Origin: Elainellaceae cyanobacterium
GTDB taxonomy: Bacteria; Cyanobacteriota; Cyanobacteriia; CAZCXK01
Length of the DNA stretch: 16,629 nt
Assembly (NCBI GenBank): GCA_051117555.1
Contig: JBNPEG010000012.1
Location: 1 to 16,629, forward strand
Reading direction: 5' to 3'
The position numbers and the translations under genes were made by a program. The notes under the pieces were generated by a model. It was given only the letters and a program-made list of their open reading frames with translations. It was not told the DNA's origin and did no database searches. Position 1 is the first letter of the stretch; every line of letters begins with the position of its first letter. Below are positions 7,638 to 15,484 of the stretch, piece by piece.

Positions 7638-8798
7638 ATGCTCCGTCGAGTCGGGGTGATTGGAGGCGGACAACTTGCGGCGATGATGGGAGGCGGGGCT
7701 CAAAGGTTAGGCGTTGACCTGATCGTTCAAACTCCCCAGGCAATTGATCCGGCAGTGGCGATCGCCAGTGAAACCATCCTAGCCCCTGTCGATGATGCAG
7801 ATGCGACGGCTCGACTGGCGGAGCGATGCGATCTAATCACCTTCGAAAATGAATTCATTAATCTAGACGCCCTCCGTCCCCTTGAAAAGGCTGGCGTGCA
7901 ATTTTATCCACGACTCGATTCATTGGCTCCATTACTGGATAAGTACGATCAGCGCTCGTATTTGAAAAACTTAGGACTTCCAACGCCTCAATTTATCGCC
8001 ATCAACAAGCGCAATTTAGAGGAGCCAGAAACTCTCTCAACTGCTATTCCATTCAAATTTCCGGTTGTACTAAAGGCGCGTCGCCACGGATATGACGGGC
8101 AAGGCACCTTTATTGTGAAGAGTTTGGATGATTTGAACTCTGTCATTCGTCAGTCTGGGGTTGATTCTTGGCTACTTGAAGAATTTATACCGTTTGAGCG
8201 AGAGCTTGCGGTGATGGTGGCTCGTTCAGGAACAGGGGAAATCGTGGTATACCCCGTCGTTGAGACTCAACAAGAAAATCAGGTGTGTCGGCGGGTGTTT
8301 GTGTTGAATGATATCGATCCGTCGGTGAGTGCTGAGGTGGGTGCGATCGCCCGAACCTTGATGGATAGCCTACAGGTGACTGGTATTTTTGGCATCGAGC
8401 TATTTTTAACTCAAAGCGGGGATGTCTTGGTCAACGAAATTGCGCCGCGCACTCATAATTCAGGACACTATACGCTCGATGCCTGTGCGACCTCTCAATT
8501 TGAGCAACATCTCCGAGCAGTCTGTCACCTATCGCTAGGTCACCCTCATTTACGATGTCAGGCAGCCGTAATGGTCAACCTGTTGGGGTATGAATACGCT
8601 AATCAGGACTACGCCCATCAACGTCAGCAGTTGGCAATGTTGCCCCAGACCTTTGTGCATTGGTATGGAAAGACCGAATCTCGCCCTGGGCGAAAGCTCG
8701 GTCATGTGACGGCTTTATTAGATGAACCCGCCATCGAACTACAGCGATCGCAGGCCGTTGAGATCGCCCAGAAAATCGAGAAGATTTGGTATCCCTAA
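7638..8798 (+). CDS. purK: 5-(carboxyamino)imidazole ribonucleotide synthase (N5-CAIR synthase)
   Basis: VGVIGGGQLA.MM, ITFENE, LKARRHGYDGQG, VNEIAPRTHNSGHYT...C.TSQFEQHLRA and HWYGK..SRPGRKLGHVT. I moved the start from GTG 7602 to the in-frame ATG 7638, which removes the overlap with the upstream gene. Confidence 0.96.
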   Translation: MLRRVGVIGGGQLAAMMGGGAQRLGVDLIVQTPQAIDPAVAIASETILAPVDDADATARLAERCDLITFENEFINLDALRPLEKAGVQFYPRLDSLAPLLDKYDQRSYLKNLGLPTPQFIAINKRNLEEPETLSTAIPFKFPVVLKARRHGYDGQGTFIVKSLDDLNSVIRQSGVDSWLLEEFIPFERELAVMVARSGTGEIVVYPVVETQQENQVCRRVFVLNDIDPSVSAEVGAIARTLMDSLQVTGIFGIELFLTQSGDVLVNEIAPRTHNSGHYTLDACATSQFEQHLRAVCHLSLGHPHLRCQAAVMVNLLGYEYANQDYAHQRQQLAMLPQTFVHWYGKTESRPGRKLGHVTALLDEPAIELQRSQAVEIAQKIEKIWYP

Positions 8799-8876
8799 CG
8801 TCGCCGCACTCAGAAAAGAAGCAATTCAGCGAAAGGTAACAGAAATTCTGATTTTTTACTCTCCGAGGATTATCTC

Positions 8877-11147
8877 TTATGTCCTCATCGTCGATATGGG
8901 TTGAGACTGGTTCTCCGATATCGAAGCAGTCGGCAACGGAATGGGTAAAAGCTTTACCGCACAGGCTTTCAACTCGGGCTGTATTGAGTCGGGGCAGGCA
9001 TCTGGATGGGTTAGCGCATTAACCTCTGTCTGATTCCCCCACAATGATCCCCAATGCATTGGCATGAAGACGGTGCCAGGGGCGATCGCCGTTGTGATTT
9101 TGATTGGCAGATGCGCATATCCTCGGCGCGATCGCACTTCAATCCGTTGTTGGTCAACTAAATCGAGCTTCTTAGCATCTTTGGGGTGAACCTCTAGAAA
9201 AGGGGCTGGATGCATTTTGCGAATTTTTTCAATGCGTCCGGTGCGGGTTTGAGTGTGCCAGTGCCCATAGAGTCTGCCTGTTGTGAGCACGAGGGGATAG
9301 TCGGGATTGGGCGGTTCGGCTAATCCGTTTGAATGGTAGGCCGAAAATCGAGCGCGCCCGTCTGACGTATGAAAGCGGAGATCAGTATAGAGGCGTTTGG
9401 AATGATATGAGAGATCTGAGCGAGACGAGGATGAAGGAGCGTCACGATTTGCGATTTCCTGATTAGACGAGGCATGTGAATCTGGATTCTCCCGATCAGG
9501 GCAGGGCCACTGGATGGGGCCATCGTGCCGGAGGCGATCGTGGCTGATGCCCGTCATATCACAGGGGCGATCGCGCGTGAGTTCGACAAATTCAGCATGA
9601 ACCTCAGCAGCATGGTTGAAATTAAACCGGTGCTCAAAGCCGAGTCGTCGCCCTACTTCTGCAAAGATTTCCCAGTCTGCTTTGGCTTGACCCGGAGGGG
9701 TGCGAAATGCAGGGCAGAGGGTTACAACTCGTTCCGAATTGGTCATCGTTCCAGTTTTTTCGCTCCACTGGGCAGCCGGCAGCAGCACATGCGCGTAGGT
9801 TGCAGTTTCAGTTGGATAGTAGGCGTCTTGATAGACCGTAAGAGGAGATTTAAGCAGAGCCGCTTTCGTGCGTTCTAAATCAGGCATGCTCACTGCCGGA
9901 TTGGTGGCAGCAATCCAAAGTAGCCCGACTTCACCCTGCTCAAGTCCGGTGATCATGCTCCAGGCGTCGCGTCCAGCATGAGGGGAGATGCTGCCCTCCG
10001 GCATTCCCCAAAGTCGCTCAAGTTCAGCCCGGTGGTTTGGATTTTTGACGACGCGATATCCCGGTAGGATGTGGGACAGTCCTCCGGCTTCTCGCCCCCC
10101 CATCGCATTGGGCTGCCCGGTCAACGAAAATGGCCCAGCCCCCGGCTTGCCAATATTTCCCGTCATCAGGTGCAGGTTGATAAGGGTTCTGACTTTCGCC
10201 GTCCCTTCTGATGATTGGTTGATGCCCATTGACCAGAGCGACAACACCCGCTCTGATTTGCCCCAATACCGAGCCGCTAGTTCGAGTTCATCAATGCGAA
10301 TTCCACAGCGCCGAGCCACAAGCTCAGGCGGATACTGGCGAATCACATCCGCGAATTCTGGAAATCCTTGAGTACATTCATCAATAAAGGGTGCATTAAT
10401 GTATCCCCAGCGCATCAGCAGGTGAGCAATGCCGTTGAGTAAATCAATATCGGTGCCTGGACGAATTGCTAAATGCAAATCGGCTGCATCTGCGGTTGGA
10501 GTGCGGCGCGGATCTACCACAATCATTTTGACGTGGCGATTTTTCTTATGATGCTTTCGGAGGCGATTGAAAATAATCGGATGGCATTCAGCCGTGTTGG
10601 TACCGATTAGAAATGCACAGTCTGTGATGTCGAGATCGTCATAACAGCAGGGAGGACCATCTGCCCCAAAACTTTGAATATATCCTGCAACTGCGGACGA
10701 CATGCACAGCCGAGAATTAGCGTCAAAATTATTGGTGCCCAAACAGCCTTTCATCAGCTTTTGAGCAACATAGTAGTCTTCGGTTTGAAACTGCCCCGAT
10801 CCGTACATGCAAATAGAATCTGCGCCCTGAGTCAATCGCGCAGTTTGAACACCGCTCACAATGCGCTCAAATGCGTCATCCCAACTAACCCGTCGAAACG
10901 GTTCATCCAATGAATCACGCAGCATAGGATATTTGAGCCGATCTTTGTCGAGGGATTCACTGATTGTCGCGCCTTTGACGCAAACCTGCCCCTTGCTAGA
11001 TGGGTGAGAGCGATCGCCCTGTACTTTCCAAATAGGGTTCCCTTGACTGTCTCGGTGGGTCGCTTTACCCAGTTGAGCCGGGGGAAATACGTCTAAACCG
11101 CAGCCCACACCACAGTAGGGACAAAGAGTCTTTGCAGGTTCTGTCAT
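8877..11147 (-). CDS. narB: Ferredoxin-dependent assimilatory nitrate reductase
   Basis: CPYCGVGCG...CVKG [4Fe-4S] motif, [53 protein letters not shown] and QPELKACAV. It lies in the nitrate assimilation cluster. Confidence 0.96.
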   Translation of the reverse strand: MTEPAKTLCPYCGVGCGLDVFPPAQLGKATHRDSQGNPIWKVQGDRSHPSSKGQVCVKGATISESLDKDRLKYPMLRDSLDEPFRRVSWDDAFERIVSGVQTARLTQGADSICMYGSGQFQTEDYYVAQKLMKGCLGTNNFDANSRLCMSSAVAGYIQSFGADGPPCCYDDLDITDCAFLIGTNTAECHPIIFNRLRKHHKKNRHVKMIVVDPRRTPTADAADLHLAIRPGTDIDLLNGIAHLLMRWGYINAPFIDECTQGFPEFADVIRQYPPELVARRCGIRIDELELAARYWGKSERVLSLWSMGINQSSEGTAKVRTLINLHLMTGNIGKPGAGPFSLTGQPNAMGGREAGGLSHILPGYRVVKNPNHRAELERLWGMPEGSISPHAGRDAWSMITGLEQGEVGLLWIAATNPAVSMPDLERTKAALLKSPLTVYQDAYYPTETATYAHVLLPAAQWSEKTGTMTNSERVVTLCPAFRTPPGQAKADWEIFAEVGRRLGFEHRFNFNHAAEVHAEFVELTRDRPCDMTGISHDRLRHDGPIQWPCPDRENPDSHASSNQEIANRDAPSSSSRSDLSYHSKRLYTDLRFHTSDGRARFSAYHSNGLAEPPNPDYPLVLTTGRLYGHWHTQTRTGRIEKIRKMHPAPFLEVHPKDAKKLDLVDQQRIEVRSRRGYAHLPIKITTAIAPGTVFMPMHWGSLWGNQTEVNALTHPDACPDSIQPELKACAVKLLPIPLPTASISENQSQPISTMRT

Positions 11148-11159
11148 GAGTAATACTCC

Positions 11160-11420
11160 TTAACTGCACATCAGGCGATCGCACGGAATTCGTTCGGACG
11201 TATAGATTCCAGCGATGCTGCATGTTTGCACTTCTATTTCGGTTTGAGGGGATGCCTCAAACAACAGCCGCTCTTGCGGAAACACCACACGTTGAAACTG
11301 TGGAATATTGGTCATTCGAATAATCTGCAAGTAGCGACTCGGATTGAAGTAATAACACAGCGTTTGACTTGATTGATGATTTGAGTGTTCGCAGGATTGA
11401 ATGGCGTTATTTGAGCTCAT
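11160..11420 (-). CDS. DUF1830-like small protein
   Basis: LCYYFN.S..LQIIR.TNIP..FQRVVFP.ERLLFEA.P...IEV.T.......SERIPCDRL matches the cyanobacterial DUF1830 pattern as I know it. ATG 11420 is preferred over TTG 11435, but the start is uncertain. Confidence 0.8.
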   Translation of the reverse strand: MSSNNAIQSCEHSNHQSSQTLCYYFNPSRYLQIIRMTNIPQFQRVVFPQERLLFEASPQTEIEVQTCSIAGIYTSERIPCDRLMCS

Positions 11421-11500
11421 AATGTCAGATTCCAATACGTCACGCTGTGTGTTTATTTACGGTTCAGTTTTGTTTGAAGAACTAGCTTGTCTATCGAGGT

Positions 11501-11539
11501 AGAGTTGCCCTATTTGCTGATGCAATGCAGGGCAACTCT
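11501..11539. other. Intercistronic stem-loop downstream of nrtP
   Basis: Perfect 11-bp inverted repeat AGAGTTGCCCT/AGGGCAACTCT with an inner TTGC-TGAT-GCAA. Confidence 0.7.
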
Positions 11540-11597
11540 TTCATAGACCCGTGATGAATTCGCACCTGTTTTATTGATTTGCTAAGGTGCGATCGCC

Positions 11598-13112
11598 CTA
11601 TTCCTCAGCAAGTGCAGGCATAACAGGCGTAGTTGCATAGCGTTCTTCGCCCTCATGATGCTCAGCAAATGAGCCTTTGGGCTCTCTAAGGAAGAAGAAA
11701 CATAGGAACGATACAATCACCGCAGCTGTGCCCAACACCTGGAAGAAGATGGCATTACCGGCATCTCCACTAGGCAGTAGACTGTATAACGTCAAATACG
11801 CGACTGCTCCGACGTTTCCATATGCCCCGACATTTCCAGCAACTTGTCCAGTAATCCGTCGCTTCACCAATGGCACCATTGCAAAGGTTGACCCTTCACC
11901 CGCTTGCACAAAGAATGAACACGCCATCGTCAACAATACTGCTGCAGGCAACCACCATCCGGTCGCCACACTGCTCATGAGCAAGTAGCCAACGCCCATG
12001 CACAGGGTCAGAATTGACATTGTTTTCTTGCGGCTTCCGAGGCGATCGGAGATGAGCCCCCCGCCAGGACGGGCTGCCAAGTTCATAAATGCATAGCTAG
12101 CCGCAATCATACCTGCCGCTGGTTTGCTTAACCCAAAGGTAAGTTCAAAGAAGGCAGGAAGTATCGACACAACTGCTAATTCAGACCCGAAGTTGACGAT
12201 GTAGGTCATTTCGAGCAACGCTACTTGAGAAAATGGATAGCGATCTTCTGCCGGATAGCGCTTTTTGCCGAGCAGTAGGTCTTTGTTGACTGTCCAACAA
12301 TTGTAGGCCTGAAACCCATACAGCCCCACCAAGCAAACCAACGCGATGGAAAACGTAGTCGGAGTAAAGAACCCGACCTTTAATAGCCGCCATGCCAGCA
12401 CCATGAGAACGCCAGTCAGCGGAATGTTCATGAGCATCAAGAACCAAAAGTCACGAACGGTGGTTACTTCGATACCGCGAGAACTATGCGGACGCTGATA
12501 GGTTCGACCTTCAGGTGTATCTTCTACGTTAAAGAAATACAGCACACCATAAAGTGCTGCGATAATGCCTGTTCCGGCGATCGCAACCCGCCAGTTCAGC
12601 AAATCTCCACCGCCACCAAATGTCAGAAATGCTGCAATCGTGGGTAGCGTAAAGGCAGCAGCGGCAGAGCCAAAGTTGCCCCATCCCCCATAGATGCCTT
12701 CGGCCAGACCGATCTCTTTCGGAGGAAACCACTCTGCCACCATTCGAATTCCAATGACAAAGCCTGCACCCACGATGCTAAGTGCCAAACGGCTAATCAC
12801 CAGATGATTAAAATCTTGCGCCAGACTAAATGTAATACACGGAATCGCGGCATAGATCAGTAGGCACGAATAGGTAATCCGAGGACCAAAGCGATCGAGC
12901 AACATGCCGATAATGATTCGAGCAGGCACCGTCAGCGCAACGTTACAAATTGCCAACGTACGGATTTGTGCTTCATCTAACCCAAATTCTGCTTTTACTG
13001 CTGTCGCAAGGGGGGCCAAGTTAAACCAGACCACAAACGACAGGAAAAAGGCGAACCAGGTCATATGCAAGATCTTGTAGCGACCATGAAACGACCATAT
13101 TTCTCTGAGCAT
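11598..13112 (-). CDS. nrtP: MFS nitrate/nitrite permease (NarK/NRT2 family)
   Basis: 504-aa hydrophobic protein with LHMTWFAFFLSFVVWFN and nitrate signatures (GAGFVIGIRMVAEWFPPKEIGLAEGIYGGWGNFG; QAGEGSTFAMVP...GQVAGNVGAYGNVG). It lies between nirA and narB. Confidence 0.94.
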   Translation of the reverse strand: MLREIWSFHGRYKILHMTWFAFFLSFVVWFNLAPLATAVKAEFGLDEAQIRTLAICNVALTVPARIIIGMLLDRFGPRITYSCLLIYAAIPCITFSLAQDFNHLVISRLALSIVGAGFVIGIRMVAEWFPPKEIGLAEGIYGGWGNFGSAAAAFTLPTIAAFLTFGGGGDLLNWRVAIAGTGIIAALYGVLYFFNVEDTPEGRTYQRPHSSRGIEVTTVRDFWFLMLMNIPLTGVLMVLAWRLLKVGFFTPTTFSIALVCLVGLYGFQAYNCWTVNKDLLLGKKRYPAEDRYPFSQVALLEMTYIVNFGSELAVVSILPAFFELTFGLSKPAAGMIAASYAFMNLAARPGGGLISDRLGSRKKTMSILTLCMGVGYLLMSSVATGWWLPAAVLLTMACSFFVQAGEGSTFAMVPLVKRRITGQVAGNVGAYGNVGAVAYLTLYSLLPSGDAGNAIFFQVLGTAAVIVSFLCFFFLREPKGSFAEHHEGEERYATTPVMPALAEE

Positions 13113-13422
13113 TCAACTACCTTCCCTTCCATAATTAAGGTCAAAACAACACGAAAATTTCCACGCCAAATCTGGCAAACCTATGACGAACCTAGGAAAA
13201 ACCTGTTCGCCAACGATTTAGCGACTCAAACCTTATCTCCAACCTCCTAGCTCTTACTCGGAGAAGATCTAGGCTTCGAAGTAGATGCGATTTATAAGCA
13301 ACCCATCATCGTACTGTTACACAAGGCCACCTGTTCTCCGGAGGACCTGTCCTCCACGCCCATCCAATTCGTTGATTCATACCAATCTGTCCTTATTGAA
13401 ATTTATGAATTTAGTTACTTCA

Positions 13423-13568
13423 GCATTGCGCCAGTTAATCATTGCTTTGGCATTGCGCCAGTTAATCATTGCTTTGGCATTGCGCCAGTTAATCATTGCT
13501 TTGGCATTGCGCCAGTTAATCATTGCTTTGGCATTGCGCCAGTTAATCATTGCTTTGGCATTGCGCCA
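13423..13568. repeat. 27-bp perfect tandem repeat x5.4 (GCATTGCGCCAGTTAATCATTGCTTTG) spanning the nirA stop
   Basis: Units start at 13423, 13450, 13477, 13504 and 13531, plus 11 nt at 13558. The units are directly adjacent with no spacers. Confidence 0.97.
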
Positions 13569-15091
13569 AAGTGCTCGGTGAGCAACTCTCTCAACACTGG
13601 CTTCAAGTCATCGCAGGGAATACTCTTCATCACACGATCGCCCAACTGGGCATCTTTTCCAACTTTTCCGCCCATGTAAATATCAACAGCTTCAACTGCC
13701 TTACCATCTTTGCGAGCTTTAGTGCCCAGTAAACCAATCTCGGCGACTTGGGGTTGTCCACATGAATTAGGACATCCCGTCCAATGAATTCGCACGGATT
13801 TTGGAATGGTAAGTTCTGCTTCTAGATCCTTCACCATTGCTAGAGCACGGTTTTTAGTCTCGATCAATGCAAAGTTGCAGAACTGCGACCCGGTACAGGA
13901 TACGAGCGATCGCACGAGAGGAGTTGGGCTAATTGAGAATCGTTCCTTGACTAGCGGTTCGTCAAGAAATACGCTCAACCGTGAATCGGGGATATGGGGG
14001 ATGATTAGATTTTGTTCGACAGTCAGGCGAATTTCACCATTCCCATATACATCTGCCAATCGAGCCAATTCAAACATGTCAGGAGCATAGAGACGCCCGA
14101 TGGGAATCAGTAGCCCGACGTAGTTTAACCCAGCCTGCTTTTGTCGATGTACCCCCACATGGTCGCGCTTATCCCAGTCGATTTCATCCTCATCAGAAGC
14201 CGTGAGCAGCTCATAGCCAAATTGCTTCTCGACCTCCGCTCGAAAGACGTCGATACCCCATTCTTCAATAAGCCACATCAGCCGAGATTTCTGACGATTG
14301 GAGCGTAAGCCCTGATCTCGATATACTTCCAAAATGGCGCGGCACAGTGCAACGACATCCTTATTCGGAGGCACCCATGCATTTAATGGAATAGCCGCCG
14401 CACATCGCTTTGCCGAGAAAAAACCACCCACCAGCACATTAAAGCCTAGTTCATCCCCTCGATATGCTGGGACAAAAGCAATGTCGTTAATCTCGGCATG
14501 AACAGAGTTATCGCGCCCGCCTTCAATCGCGATATTGAACTTACGCGGCAAATTTGTAAATTCTGGATTTCCTTCACCGGTATTGGTGATCATGTCTTGG
14601 ACATCTTTCACCAATTGACGGGTATCAATCAGCTCGTCCGCGTCTAGCCCGGCAACTGGAGACCCTGTGATGTTGCGGACGTTATCCATTCCAGACTGCA
14701 CTGAGGTCATGTCTGCATCTTTCAAGCGTCGAAAAATATCGGGAATATCTTCAATCCGAATGCCTCGTAGTTGCAGGTTCTGCCGAGTCGTGATGTCGGC
14801 ATTTCCATCTTCCCCATATCGCTGGACAATGTCTGCCAAAACCCGCATTTGGTGACTGGTTAGCACCCCATTCGGCATCCGCATTCGCAGCATAAATTTG
14901 CCAGGAGTGACCGGACGAAAAAACACGCCGAGCCATTTCAAACGCTGATTTCGATCGGTCTCATCGATCGCTTCCCAGCCAATCTGGGCGAAGTGATCAA
15001 GCTCCTGTTTAACAGCTAGACCATCCTTTTCGGCCTTAAACTTTTCAAACTTATTGAGCTTTGCTGTGGATTGAGTTGCTGCATCAGTCAC
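13547..15091 (-). CDS. nirA: Ferredoxin-nitrite reductase
   Basis: LNKFEKFKAEKDGL, ADITTRQNLQLRG, SGMDNVRNI, NLPRKFNIAI, and siroheme/[4Fe-4S] cysteines SCTGSQFC and HWTGCPNSCGQ. GTG start. Confidence 0.97.
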   Translation of the reverse strand: MTDAATQSTAKLNKFEKFKAEKDGLAVKQELDHFAQIGWEAIDETDRNQRLKWLGVFFRPVTPGKFMLRMRMPNGVLTSHQMRVLADIVQRYGEDGNADITTRQNLQLRGIRIEDIPDIFRRLKDADMTSVQSGMDNVRNITGSPVAGLDADELIDTRQLVKDVQDMITNTGEGNPEFTNLPRKFNIAIEGGRDNSVHAEINDIAFVPAYRGDELGFNVLVGGFFSAKRCAAAIPLNAWVPPNKDVVALCRAILEVYRDQGLRSNRQKSRLMWLIEEWGIDVFRAEVEKQFGYELLTASDEDEIDWDKRDHVGVHRQKQAGLNYVGLLIPIGRLYAPDMFELARLADVYGNGEIRLTVEQNLIIPHIPDSRLSVFLDEPLVKERFSISPTPLVRSLVSCTGSQFCNFALIETKNRALAMVKDLEAELTIPKSVRIHWTGCPNSCGQPQVAEIGLLGTKARKDGKAVEAVDIYMGGKVGKDAQLGDRVMKSIPCDDLKPVLRELLTEHFGAMPKQ

Positions 15092-15210
15092 GGGAATACT
15101 CTCTTTTGCGTCAACTTAATTAAATCGTTTGAATCTCGGCAAAGTAATAAATCCAATCAATTCAAATAGGTATTCTAAATACCCTTGAATATGGATTTGA
15201 CTTGTTGTTC

Positions 15211-15251
15211 ATTATGAAAAAAAACACACATAAATTCGTATGAATTGATAC
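15211..15251 (-). promoter_or_regulatory. NtcA-activated promoter of the nir cluster
   Basis: Perfect GTA-N8-TAC (GTATCAATTCATAC on minus, 15238-15251), followed after 21 nt by the -10-like hexamer CATAAT (15216-15211). This is the established geometry for nirA promoters. Confidence 0.85.
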
Positions 15252-15266
15252 AAATCAAATCGATTG

Positions 15267-15303
15267 ATGATTAATATGCATACCCAAAATGCAATTTCAG
15301 CAT
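15267..15303. promoter_or_regulatory. NtcB (LysR-type) binding region
   Basis: Palindromic ATGC-N7-GCAT (AT-N11-AT) at 15289-15303, about -93 from the inferred TSS near 15203. Further AT-N11-AT motifs occur at 15267-15281 (about -71) and 15276-15290. Confidence 0.65.
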
Positions 15304-15484
15304 GACTAATCTGTGGATTAAAGATCAGATATAGCCATACGCTCTCGCATATCGCCTGGATGATGCGTCAGCCCCACCATGCTGCGATCAACTCTTATAT
15401 GTCAAACGAGCGGGGCAGAAAGCCGGAATGGAGTATTGCTGGCACCGTTGCGACTAATGTGACCTGACCCTCATCATCAACATT

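Noticed and set aside
13423..13568. CRISPR array (27-bp repeat)
   Set aside because: The units are head-to-tail with no spacers, they derive from the nirA 3' end, and no cas genes are present.
13285..13581. 98-aa plus-strand ORF with (ALRQLIIAL)n
   Set aside because: It is a by-product of the 27-bp array read antisense to nirA, with no sign of a real gene.
15170..15182. Second NtcA box GTATTCTAAATAC in the nirA leader
   Set aside because: The spacer is N7, not N8. It is better explained as part of a hairpin.
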